A DNA stretch of 64,000 nt, taken from NCBI GenBank assembly GCA_964016885.1, contig OZ024740.1, positions 6,944,001-7,008,000 of the forward strand. The letters are read 5' to 3'. The translations under genes and the position numbers were made by a program. The notes beneath the pieces are model-generated. The model did no database searches. It saw only the letters and a list, made by a program, of their open reading frames with translations, and had not been told where the DNA came from. Below, one piece after another: positions 26,050-39,500 of this stretch; the stretch's first letter is position 1, and the number at the start of each line of letters is the position of its first letter. This DNA is from Eledone cirrhosa (Eukaryota).

Positions 26050-26194
26050 ATTTCATTTCTACAGCTGAGTAAACTGGAGCAATGTGAAATAAAGTGTCTT
26101 GCTCAAGGAAACAACACATCACCCGGTCTGAGAATTGAACTCACAACCTTTCGATTGCAAGCCCAATGCTCTAACCACTAAGCCATGTGCCTCC
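26050..26194 (-). mobile_element. tRNA-derived SINE, family 2, head fragment
   Basis: Minus-strand A-box TGGCTTAGTGG and B-box-like GTTCAATTC; homologous to 20230-20374. Confidence 0.85.
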
Positions 26195-26234
26195 ATGTAT
26201 GTAAATATATTCTTCTGGTAGAGCTATTACTTCT

Positions 26235-26500
26235 CTGAACTGAGAGATCACAGCTCTGACACTATGGACATGTGGCTAGAATGTCTCAGGAAAGAATCGT
26301 TGGACAGATTTTACAAGCAAAAGACCCTGGGGTAAATCCCGAGCAAGATGGTTGGATAACATCAATGAGCTTGGCTGGTCCCGCTTAGGGATCCAGCTAG
26401 ATTAGTGGGAGATGGTTGCTTCTGACAGGACCTGCTGGAAGGAGTGTTTGAGGACTCTGTCCCCACAACCCTTTCAGGAATAAGTGGATGAAAAAGAAGA
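26235..26500 (+). mobile_element. Decayed RTE-type LINE C-terminal fragment
   Basis: Translates RSQL*HYGHVARMSQERIVGQILQAK.../...RWLDNINELGWSRL, giving the GHVARM and RW.D motifs. Confidence 0.7.
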
Positions 26501-26824
26501 TACATTTTTACCAATAGAGAGAGAGCCAGTTCCTAACATATAAACAAGACTCTTTCATTAGAAGTTAGACAACATCAACTAGGTAAATACATATTTTTGT
26601 ATATGTTGGTGTGTGTAGGTGTGGGTGTTATTGTATGTGTGGATGTGGATGTTTTGAGTTATATGTCTACACATGTATATGTTTCTGTGCTTATACATGT
26701 GTATATGTTGTTATCACATGCTGAATTTTTGAAATGTCTTGAATATTTTCACGGTTCCATTGATGGCTGGACGCCCTTCATAATGTCAACCACTTTACAG
26801 GGATGGATGGACAGACAAATCGAT

Positions 26825-26949
26825 GGTGAGAGCAGACCTCAGATCGCTGAAGCTCACGGAGGGGATGATGAAGGACTGTGAGAAGTGGAGAGATGCTGTG
26901 CTGAATAGGACCCATCCAACCCTTGCAAGCAGGGAAAAGTGGACGTAAA

Positions 26950-26981
<32 letters not shown>
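26825..26981 (+). mobile_element. RTE LINE 3' end with (GAT)n tail
   Basis: AAGTGGAGAGATGCTGTGCTGA is shared with about 18900; tail CCAACCCTTGCAAGCAGGGAAAAGTGGACGTAAAA(TGA)n. Confidence 0.85.
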
Positions 26982-26982
<1 letters not shown>

Positions 26983-27224
26983 TATAAGTGTGTGTGTGTG
27001 TGTGTGTGTGTGTATAGAGAGAAGTAGAGAGAGAGGAAGAGAGAGAGATGGATAGATAGATGGATAGTGAGATAGGTAGGTTGTTAGGTAGCCTGGTAGG
27101 CAGGTAAGTGCATTGGAACAGAGGGAGGTAAGTTGGAAGATATAACATATAACAGATTGAAATTTGGAGATATACATTATGTCATATAATGAATTTATAT
27201 TTTGGTAAAAAATAACACAATCAA

Positions 27225-27485
27225 ATACACACACACATGCACATACACACACGTAACACACACATACACACACATGCACACACACATGCACATACACACA
27301 CACATGCACGTACAGACACATACACAAACACACACAAACACACACATCCACACACATACACACACAAACACCCACGTACACACACATACACACATACACA
27401 TACACACACATCCACACACAAACACACACAAACACACACATACACACACATACACACACATACACACATACACATACACACACAA
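27225..27485. repeat. Degenerate (CA)n microsatellite
   Basis: Read directly from the sequence. Confidence 0.93.
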
Positions 27486-27948
27486 TTATCTAAATCTAAA
27501 TGGATCCAAAGAAAAGGAAAAAAATTGCAAATGCTAAGATAAATAAATAAATAAATAACAACAATAATAATAATGATGATGATGGTGATGATGATAATGA
27601 TGATGATGACGATGATGATGATAAAGTTTGAGAAACACCAGTTTGATGACTTATAACTGTTATCAGAAGAACAGAAATGAAAATTAATCTATGAAGACTT
27701 GAGAGAATGGTTAACAACACATCAATGACAACAACAACAACAACAACATCCTTATCATTGTTGTCATCACAATCATCATCATAATCATTATCATCATCAA
27801 CATCAACGATGGGAAGAATGTTTTAAAAAGAAAAAAATATACGATAAAAATATTTTATTATAATTTGTATTTTATGAAATTTCTATAAAAGAGAAGTGTT
27901 TTAGTCTGGAAATAAATAGTGATTGTATGAATAAGAAATAGATAAAAT

Positions 27949-28009
<61 letters not shown>

Positions 28010-28061
28010 AAATCTGAGCACACATGGAAAAGCACAAACAAAGGAAAAGCACAAACACATC

Positions 28062-28181
28062 CCTTTTCCCTCAGCTGTCTGCTGTAGATCACAATGGTTT
28101 CGGTACATTAAAGTCAGTACTACTTCCTCCAGTACATCAGTGATTACAATACAAAAAGATGGAATTATAATATATGGTAAA
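28062..28181 (-). CDS. Candidate internal coding exon of an unknown gene (3' boundary uncertain)
   Basis: Acceptor-like CTGTTTTGTAG| at 28182. Only the phase-2 frame is open: LPYIIIPSFCIVITDVLEEVVLTLMYRNHCDLQQTAEGK. There is no canonical GT donor at the expected end (AAAAGG-GATGTG). Confidence 0.2.
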
Positions 28182-29945
28182 CTACAAAACAGTGAGTTTC
28201 TCAGTCAAGTTCATATAAAAGAAAGGTAAAAAGTGTACATACCAGCGAAGGGGTTTCAAACTGTAAATAAAAATGCAATGACAATGATGTAGAGGGTTAA
28301 ATGGGGGCCTATCACAAACAAAGTTTGGACATAAGTTTTGTGAAGATAAGGTAGAAGATAAAGTAAAAAGTGAGCTGTCTAGCAACATATTGAAGAAGGG
28401 TGACATAAATATATATCAGGATGGATTCAGTTTGATTCAGATTCAGTTTAACTTACCTTTCTCTTCTTCATTATACATTCATAATTATCATGCATCTGAT
28501 TTATTTATTTTGTCATTGTCCTATTCCTTCAGGTATCTTAAGTTCTCTTCCTTTCCCTGTCTTCCAGACTCAGTTCTAGACTTATCTAGACTACCATTCC
28601 CCCTCACCTTCTCAATTCTCACCTTCAAACTACATTACATCTTGCTAAACATTTATACATGTTTATATGAAGCTTAAAGTGCAGATTAAAGTACCCGACT
28701 ATATCCCTTACTCTACATCCCACTAGGATAAATTATAGATCTACATAATACAATTACCGTTTCTTCATAAAAGACTCTCTTTAACTAAACCCCGCAACCC
28801 AAAACCTTAAAAAAGTTTTTTTAAATGTTTAATTTTCAATTTTCTGTTTGTTCAATTCTCAATCTTCTTACTCTTTAATTTTATAATGTTATTCTGAATT
28901 CTTTCAACTTCATCCTATAAATTTAAACAGTATTTTAACGTTCCAACTTTCTGTCGGACTGTTGGGTGGGTTTTCCTGGCGGTGGGACCGGCCCCCTGGC
29001 GCATGGGCCTACCTTAAGTGCTTGGAAAAATAAATTTCCCTTCTTTCGGTAAATGAAACTACTCGGAGTGGCCTGATTTGCCCCAGGGGCCCGGAGCGCG
29101 GCCGGTTTTTTTAACCACCACATAGTACCTTTAAATTACGGATCAAATCAGAACTATTAGATATATCAACCTTAAAATGTTAAACTGTTTAACTTTAAAT
29201 TTTCTAATTTCTTTGATATTGAATATTGATTATTAATTTTTAACTTCATCCTATAAGTCTAAACAAAAACGTAACGTCCCAATCTTCTGCTCACACATTA
29301 TAACACACTGACCCCCACTATATTTACCTCTGCTAAGATACGGGTCCCTGTGAACATTTTTTCGCGCCACTCCTGGCCTGACTGTAGTCTGACATTAATA
29401 TCGACCTTTCTTCCTCTTTCTTTCTATCTTTCTTCTTGTAGCCATCAACCCTGACTTTTCTATTTCTTCCTTTTCTTCCTTCTCTTCTCCCTTCTTTCTG
29501 TCTTCCTCCCGCAGACTTATCTTCCTTCCCCTTTTTGTTAGCCTATATTTGACCGGTAGTAGTTGTTTAGATACGGGTCCCTTAAAATAAAAAAATTTCT
29601 TCGCGACAATCCTGGCCTTACTGTAATACCGACCTACCTCCTCTTTCTTTCTGTCTTTCTTCTTATAGCTGACATTAACCCTGGTTTCTCTTCTTCTTCC
29701 TTCCCCCTTCTTCTCTCTTCTTCCTTTCTTTCTTTCTTTTTTCTTGTGGCATGAGATTAACGCTAACTTATGTTCCCATCCCTTTCTGTTTTCCTTTATC
29801 TGACCGTGGTAGCACACTGTGAGCCTTAGCCACGTCACTCGAGGACGACCGGCAAAGGTAGAAGGTGCTGGATAGCGGTCGCCCTCGGGTCCTCGATTTT
29901 CAGCCCCATGGATTTTATCTATTACATTCACGTATAATATTTCGA

Positions 29946-30003
29946 ATACCTGATGATATCACCGGATTCATACGGAACCCGGTCATTGAAATGACCATAG
30001 TAT
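29946..30003 (+). ncRNA. Minimal type I hammerhead-ribozyme-like motif
   Basis: ATAC-CTGATGA(29950-29956)-tatcACCGG...CCGGTcatt-GAAA(29988-29991)-TG-AC-CAT-A-GTAT. Stem I is ATAC/GTAT, stem II is ACCGG/CCGGT, stem III is 3 bp, and the cleavage triplet is AUA. Confidence 0.6.
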
Positions 30004-30053
30004 AATAAAACTTTCAAGGATTTACACAAATCCAGCCTCCTGTCATTTCATTA

Positions 30054-30084
<31 letters not shown>

Positions 30085-30098
30085 GTGCATAATAGAAG

Positions 30099-30313
30099 TA
30101 TCATCATCATCATCATTTTATGTCCGCTTTTCCCTGCTTGCAAGGGTGGGATGGGAACTGATTCTGGCTAGATTTCTATAGCTAGATGCCCTTCCTAACA
30201 CCAACCTCATTTACAGTGAGTGCTGGGTGCTTTTTTGCCGTGGCGTCTACACGTCCACTTTACAGTGAGTGCTGGGTGCCTTTTCCCGTGGCGCCTACAT
30301 GTCCATTTTACAG
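30099..30313 (-). mobile_element. RTE-tailed SINE 3' fragment with an internal 49-bp tandem duplication
   Basis: Homologous to 25848-26025; TTTACAG recurs at 30210, 30259 and 30307. Confidence 0.8.
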
Positions 30314-30353
30314 AAAATGGACTGTAAGATGAGGTAAGGAAAAAGTAAGTTAC

Positions 30354-30520
30354 CTGGTAAACTTTGTTTTGTTTTTTGTTGTTGATGTTCTTTCTTCTGT
30401 CCTAATATTTTGGGACCTAAAATTCTCTTCTTCAGAGTTTAAGGATCTTTCAGAGAATAATTTTGATTTAAATTTCTTAAGTCGTTTTCCAGCGTTTTTA
30501 ATGGTTATTTCACTACTCAT
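30354..30520 (-). CDS. Candidate first coding exon of an unknown gene, overlapping the terminal satellite unit
   Basis: ATG at 30520, then 55 open codons (MSSEITIKNAGKRLKKFKSK...KNKTKFT) in unique AT-rich DNA, ending at a donor-like CAG|GTAACT in phase 2. No homology recognised. Confidence 0.25.
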
Positions 30521-33500
30521 GAGAATGACATGAATGTAGTATTTAATGGTTATTTCAATACTCATGAGAATGACATCAATGTAGTATTTAATGGTTATTT
30601 CACTACTCATGAGAATGACATGAATGTAGTATTTAATGGTTATTTCACTACTCATGAGAATGACATCAATGTAGTATTTAATGGTTATTTCACTACTCAT
30701 GAGAATGACATGAATGTAGTATTTAATGGTTATTTCACTACTCATGAGAATGACATGAATGTAGTATTTAATGGTTATTTCAATACTCATGAGAATGACA
30801 TCAATGTAGTATTTAATGGTTATTTCACTACTCATGAGAATGACATGAATGTAGTATTTAATGGTTATTTCACTACTCATGAGAATGACATCAATGTAGT
30901 ATTTAATGGTTATTTCACTACTCATGAGAATGACATGAATGTAGTATTTAATGGTTATTTCACTACTCATGAGAATGATATGAATGTAGTATTTAATGGT
31001 TATTTCACTACTCATGAGAATGACATGAATGTAGTATTTAATGGTTATTTCAATACTCATGAGAATGACATGAATGTAGTATTTAATGGTTATTTCACTA
31101 CTCATGAGAATGACATGAATGTAGTATTTAATGGTTATTTCACTACTCATGAGAATGATATGAATGTAGTATTTAATGGTTATTTCACTACTCATGAGAA
31201 TGACATGAATGTAGTATTTAATGGTTATTTCAATACTCATGAGAATGACATGAATGTAGTATTTAATGGTTATTTCACTACTCATGAGAATGACATCAAT
31301 GTAGTATTTAATGGTTATTTCAATACTCATGAGAATGACATCAATGTAGTATTTAATGGTTATTTCACTACTCATGAGAATGACATGAATGTAGTATTTA
31401 ATGGTTATTTCAATACTCATGAGAATGACATCAATGTAGTATTTAATGGTTATTTCACTACTCATGAGAATGACATCAATGTAGTATTTAATGGTTATTT
31501 CAATACTCATGAGAATGACATCAATGTAGTATTTAATGGTTATTTCACTACTCATGAGAATGACATCAATGTAGTATTTAATGGTTATTTCAATACTCAT
31601 GAGAATGACATCAATGTAGTATTTAATGGTTATTTCAATACTCATGAGAATGACATCAATGTAGTATTTAATGGTTATTTCACTACTCATGAGAATGACA
31701 TCAATGTAGTATTTAATGGTTATTTCACTACTCATGAGAATGACATGAATGTAGTATTTAATGGTTATTTCAATACTCATGAGAATGACATCAATGTAGT
31801 ATTTAATGGTTATTTCACTACTCATGAGAATGACATCAATGTAGTATTTAATGGTTATTTCACTACTCATGAGAATGACATCAATGTAGTATTTAATGGT
31901 TATTTCACTACTCATGAGAATGACATCAATGTAGTATTTAATGGTTATTTCACTACTCATGAGAATGACATCAATGTAGTATTTAATGGTTATTTCACTA
32001 CTCATGAGAATGACATCAATGTAGTATTTAATGGTTATTTCACTACTCATGAGAATGACATCAATGTAGTATTTAATGGTTATTTCACTACTCATGAGAA
32101 TGACATGAATGTAGTATTTAATGGTTATTTCAATACTCATGAGAATGACATCAATGTAGTATTTAATGGTTATTTCACTACTCATGAGAATGACATCAAT
32201 GTAGTATTTAATGGTTATTTCACTACTCATGAGAATGACATCAATGTAGTATTTAATGGTTATTTCACTACTCATGAGAATGACATCAATGTAGTATTTA
32301 ATGGTTATTTCACTACTCATGAGAATGACATCAATGTAGTATTTAATGGTTATTTCACTACTCATGAGAATGACATGAATGTAGTATTTAATGGTTATTT
32401 CACTACTCATGAGAATGACATCAATGTAGTATTTAATGGTTATTTCACTACTCATGAGAATGACATCAATGTAGTATTTAATGGTTATTTCACTACTCAT
32501 GAGAATGACATCAATGTAGTATTTAATGGTTATTTCACTACTCATGAGAATAACATCAATGTAGTATTTAATGGTTATTTCACTACTCATGAGAATGACA
32601 TCAATGTAGTATTTAATGGTTATTTCACTACTCATGAGAATGACATGAATGTAGTATTTAATGGTTATTTCACTACTCATGAGAATGACATCAATGTAGT
32701 ATTTAATGGTTATTTCACTACTCATGAGAATGACATCAATGTAGTATTTAATGGTTATTTCAATACTCATGAGAATGACATCAATGTAGTATTTAATGGT
32801 TATTTCACTACTCATGAGAATGACATCAATGTAGTATTTAATGGTTATTTCAATACTCATGAGAATGACATCAATGTAGTATTTAATGGTTATTTCACTA
32901 CTCATGAGAATGACATCAATGTAGTATTTAATGGTTATTTCACTACTCATGAGAATGACATGAATGTAGTATTTAATGGTTATTTCAATACTCATGAGAA
33001 TGACATCAATGTAGTATTTAATGGTTATTTCACTACTCATGAGAATGACATCAATGTAGTATTTAATGGTTATTTCACTACTCATGAGAATGACATCAAT
33101 GTAGTATTTAATGGTTATTTCAATACTCATGAGAATGACATCAATGTAGTATTTAATGGTTATTTCACTACTCATGAGAATGACATGAATGTAGTATTTA
33201 ATGGTTATTTCACTACTCATGAGAATGACATCAATGTAGTATTTAATGGTTATTTCACTACTCATGAGAATGACATGAATGTAGTATTTAATGGTTATTT
33301 CAATACTCATGAGAATGACATGAATGTAGTATTTAATGGTTATTTCACTACTCATGAGAATGACATCAATGTAGTATTTAATGGTTATTTCACTACTCAT
33401 GAGAATGACATCAATGTAGTATTTAATGGTTATTTCAATACTCATGAGAATGACATCAATGTAGTATTTAATGGTTATTTCACTACTCATGAGAATGACA

Positions 33501-36500
33501 TGAATGTAGTATTTAATGGTTATTTCACTACTCATGAGAATGACATGAATGTAGTATTTAATGGTTATTTCACTACTCATGAGAATGACATCAATGTAGT
33601 ATTTAATGGTTATTTCACTACTCATGAGAATGACATGAATGTAGTATTTAATGGTTATTTCACTACTCATGAGAATGACATGAATGTAGTATTTAATGGT
33701 TATTTCACTACTCATGAGAATGACATCAATGTAGTATTTAATGGTTATTTCAATACTCATGAGAATGACATCAATGTAGTATTTAATGGTTATTTCACTA
33801 CTCATGAGAATGACATCAATGTAGTATTTAATGGTTATTTCACTACTCATGAGAATGACATGAATGTAGTATTTAATGGTTATTTCACTACTCATGAGAA
33901 TGACATCAATGTAGTATTTAATGGTTATTTCACTACTCATGAGAATGACATCAATGTAGTATTTAATGGTTATTTCACTACTCATGAGAATGACATGAAT
34001 GTAGTATTTAATGGTTATTTCACTACTCATGAGAATGACATCAATGTAGTATTTAATGGTTATTTCACTACTCATGAGAATGACATCAATGTAGTATTTA
34101 ATGGTTATTTCACTACTCATGAGAATGACATGAATGTAGTATTTAATGGTTATTTCACTACTCATGAGAATGACATGAATGTAGTATTTAATGGTTATTT
34201 CACTACTCATGAGAATGACATCAATGTAGTATTTAATGGTTATTTCACTACTCATGAGAATGACATCAATGTAGTATTTAATGGTTATTTCACTACTCAT
34301 GAGAATGACATGAATGTAGTATTTAATGGTTATTTCACTACTCATGAGAATGACATGAATGTAGTATTTAATGGTTATTTCACTACTCATGAGAATGACA
34401 TCAATGTAGTATTTAATGGTTATTTCACTACTCATGAGAATGACATCAATGTAGTATTTAATGGTTATTTCACTACTCATGAGAATGACATGAATGTAGT
34501 ATTTAATGGTTATTTCACTACTCATGAGAATGACATCAATGTAGTATTTAATGGTTATTTCACTACTCATGAGAATGACATCAATGTAGTATTTAATGGT
34601 TATTTCACTACTCATGAGAATGACATGAATGTAGTATTTAATGGTTATTTCACTACTCATGAGAATGACATGAATGTAGTATTTAATGGTTATTTCACTA
34701 CTCATGAGAATGACATCAATGTAGTATTTAATGGTTATTTCACTACTCATGAGAATGACATCAATGTAGTATTTAATGGTTATTTCACTACTCATGAGAA
34801 TGACATCAATGTAGTATTTAATGGTTATTTCACTACTCATGAGAATGACATCAATGTAGTATTTAATGGTTATTTCACTACTCATGAGAATGACATCAAT
34901 GTAGTATTTAATGGTTATTTCAATACTCATGAGAATGACATCAATGTAGTATTTAATGGTTATTTCACTACTCATGAGAATGACATCAATGTAGTATTTA
35001 ATGGTTATTTCACTACTCATGAGAATGACATGAATGTAGTATTTAATGGTTATTTCACTACTCATGAGAATGACATCAATGTAGTATTTAATGGTTATTT
35101 CACTACTCATGAGAATGACATGAATGTAGTATTTAATGGTTATTTCACTACTCATGAGAATGACATCAATGTAGTATTTAATGGTTATTTCACTACTCAT
35201 GAGAATGACATCAATGTAGTATTTAATGGTTATTTCAATACTCATGAGAATGACATCAATGTAGTATTTAATGGTTATTTCACTACTCATGAGAATGACA
35301 TGAATGTAGTATTTAATGGTTATTTCACTACTCATGAGAATGACATCAATGTAGTATTTAATGGTTATTTCACTACTCATGAGAATGACATCAATGTAGT
35401 ATTTAATGGTTATTTCACTACTCATGAGAATGACATCAATGTAGTATTTAATGGTTATTTCACTACTCATGAGAATGACATCAATGTAGTATTTAATGGT
35501 TATTTCAATACTCATGAGAATGACATCAATGTAGTATTTAATGGTTATTTCAATACTCATGAGAATGACATCAATGTAGTATTTAATGGTTATTTCACTA
35601 CTCATGAGAATGACATGAATGTAGTATTTAATGGTTATTTCACTACTCATGAGAATGACATCAATGTAGTATTTAATGGTTATTTCACTACTCATGAGAA
35701 TGACATCAATGTAGTATTTAATGGTTATTTCACTACTCATGAGAATGACATCAATGTAGTATTTAATGGTTATTTCACTACTCATGAGAATGACATCAAT
35801 GTAGTATTTAATGGTTATTTCACTACTCATGAGAATGACATCAATGTAGTATTTAATGGTTATTTCACTACTCATGAGAATGACATCAATGTAGTATTTA
35901 ATGGTTATTTCACTACTCATGAGAATGACATCAATGTAGTATTTAATGGTTATTTCAATACTCATGAGAATGACATCAATGTAGTATTTAATGGTTATTT
36001 CACTACTCATGAGAATGACATCAATGTAGTATTTAATGGTTATTTCACTACTCATGAGAATGACATCAATGTAGTATTTAATGGTTATTTCACTACTCAT
36101 GAGAATGACATCAATGTAGTATTTAATGGTTATTTCACTACTCATGAGAATGACATCAATGTAGTATTTAATGGTTATTTCACTACTCATGAGAATGACA
36201 TCAATGTAGTATTTAATGGTTATTTCACTACTCATGAGAATGACATCAATGTAGTATTTAATGGTTATTTCACTACTCATGAGAATGACATCAATGTAGT
36301 ATTTAATGGTTATTTCACTACTCATGAGAATGACATCAATGTAGTATTTAATGGTTATTTCACTACTCATGAGAATGACATCAATGTAGTATTTAATGGT
36401 TATTTCAATACTCATGAGAATGACATCAATGTAGTATTTAATGGTTAATTCAATACTCATGAGAATGACATGAATGTAGTATTTAATGGTTATTTCACTA

Positions 36501-39500
36501 CTCATGAGAATGACATGAATGTAGTATTTAATGGTTATTTCACTACTCATGAGAATGACATGAATGTAGTATTTAATGGTTATTTCAATACTCATGAGAA
36601 TGACATCAATGTAGTATTTAATGGTTATTTCAATACTCATGAGAATGACATCAATGTAGTATTTAATGGTTATTTCAATACTCATGAGAGTGACATGAAT
36701 GTAGTATTTAATGGTTATTTCAATACTCATGAGAATGACATCAATGTAGTATTTAATGGTTATTTCAATACTCATGAGAATAACATCAATGTAGTATTTA
36801 ATGGTTATTTCACTACTCATGAGAATGACATCAATGTAGTATTTAATGGTTATTTCAATACTCATGAGAATGACATGAATGTAGTATTTAATGGTTATTT
36901 CACTACTCATGAGAATGACATCAATGTAGTATTTAATGGTTATTTCACTACTCATGAGAATGACATGAATGTAGTATTTAATGGTTATTTCACTACTCAT
37001 GAGAATGACATCAATGTAGTATTTAATGGTTATTTCACTACTCATGAGAATGACATCAATGTAGTATTTAATGGTTATTTCACTACTCATGAGAATGACA
37101 TCAATGTAGTATTTAATGGTTATTTCACTACTCATGAGATTGACATGAATGTAGTATTTAATGGTTATTTCACTACTCATGAGAATGACATCAATGTAGT
37201 ATTTAATGGTTATTTCACTACTCATGAGATTGACATGAATGTAGTATTTAATGGTTATTTCACTACTCATGAGAATGACATCAATGTAGTATTTAATGGT
37301 TATTTCAATACTCATGAGAATGACATGAATGTAGTATTTAATGGTTATTTCACTACTCATGAGATTGACATCAATGTAGTATTTAATGGTTATTTCACTA
37401 CTCATGAGAATGACATCAATGTAGTATTTAATGGTTATTTCACTACTCATGAGATTGACATGAATGTAGTATTTAATGGTTATTTCAATACTCATGAGAA
37501 TGACATCAATGTAGTATTTAATGGTTATTTCACTACTCATGAGAATGACATGAATGTAGTATTTAATGGTTATTTCAATACTCATGAGAATGACATCAAT
37601 GTAGTATTTAATGGTTATTTCACTACTCATGAGAATGACATGAATGTAGTATTTAATGGTTATTTCACTACTCATGAGATTGACATGAATGTAGTATTTA
37701 ATGGTTATTTCACTACTCATGAGAATGACATGAATGTAGTATTTAATGGTTATTTCACTACTCATGAGAATGACATCAATGTAGTATTTAATGGTTATTT
37801 CACTACTCATGAGAATGACATGAATGTAGTATTTAATGGTTATTTCACTACTCATGAGATTGACATGAATGTAGTATTTAATGGTTATTTCAATACTCAT
37901 GAGAATGACATCAATGTAGTATTTAATGGTTATTTCACTACTCATGAGAATGACATGAATGTAGTATTTAATGGTTATTTCACTACTCATGAGAATGACA
38001 TCAATGTAGTATTTAATGGTTATTTCACTACTCATGAGAATGACATCAATGTAGTATTTAATGGTTATTTCACTACTCATGAGAATGACATCAATGTAGT
38101 ATTTAATGGTTATTTCACTACTCATGAGAATGACATGAATGTAGTATTTAATGGTTATTTCAATACTCATGAGAATGACATCAATGTAGTATTTAATGGT
38201 TATTTCACTACTCATGAGAATGACATGAATGTAGTATTTAATGGTTATTTCAATACTCATGAGAATGACATCAATGTAGTATTTAATGGTTATTTCACTA
38301 CTCATGAGAATTGACATGAATGTAGTATTTAATGGTTATTTCACTACTCATGAGAATGACATCAATGTAGTATTTAATGGTTATTTCACTACTCATGAGA
38401 ATGACATCAATGTAGTATTTAATGGTTATTTCACTACTCATGAGAATGACATGAATGTAGTATTTAATGGTTATTTCACTACTCATGAGATTGACATGAA
38501 TGTAGTATTTAATGGTTATTTCAATACTCATGAGAATGACATCAATGTAGTATTTAATGGTTATTTCACTACTCATGAGAATGACATGAATGTAGTATTT
38601 AATGGTTATTTCACTACTCATGAGAATGACATCAATGTAGTATTTAATGGTTATTTCACTACTCATGAGAATGACATCAATGTAGTATTTAATGGTTATT
38701 TCACTACTCATGAGAATGACATGAATGTAGTATTTAATGGTTATTTCAATACTCATGAGAATGACATCAATGTAGTATTTAATGGTTATTTCACTACTCA
38801 TGAGAATGACATGAATGTAGTATTTAATGGTTATTTCACTACTCATGAGAATGACATCAATGTAGTATTTAATGGTTATTTCACTACTCATGAGAATGAC
38901 ATCAATGTAGTATTTAATGGTTATTTCACTACTCATGAGAATGACATGAATGTAGTATTTAATGGTTATTTCACTACTCATGAGAATGACATCAATGTAG
39001 TATTTAATGGTTATTTCAATACTCATGAGAATGACATCAATGTAGTATTTAATGGTTATTTCAATACTCATGAGAATGACATGAATGTAGTATTTAATGG
39101 TTATTTCACTACTCATGAGAATGACATGAATGTAGTATTTAATGGTTATTTCACTACTCATGAGAATGACATCAATGTAGTATTTAATGGTTATTTCACT
39201 ACTCATGAGAATGACATCAATGTAGTATTTAATGGTTATTTCACTACTCATGAGAATGACATGAATGTAGTATTTAATGGTTATTTCACTACTCATGAGA
39301 ATGACATGAATGTAGTATTTAATGGTTATTTCACTACTCATGAGAATGACATCAATGTAGTATTTAATGGTTATTTCACTACTCATGAGAATGACATGAA
39401 TGTAGTATTTAATGGTTATTTCACTACTCATGAGAATGACATCAATGTAGTATTTAATGGTTATTTCAATACTCATGAGAATGACATCAATGTAGTATTT

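Noticed and set aside
12674-26194. tRNA genes suggested by A/B boxes
   Set aside because: No cloverleaf forms; the boxes are SINE heads followed by SINE body sequence.
29395-29931. 178-aa Lys/Arg/Glu-rich ORF on the minus strand
   Set aside because: It arises from low-complexity CT-rich tracts and has no recognisable domain.
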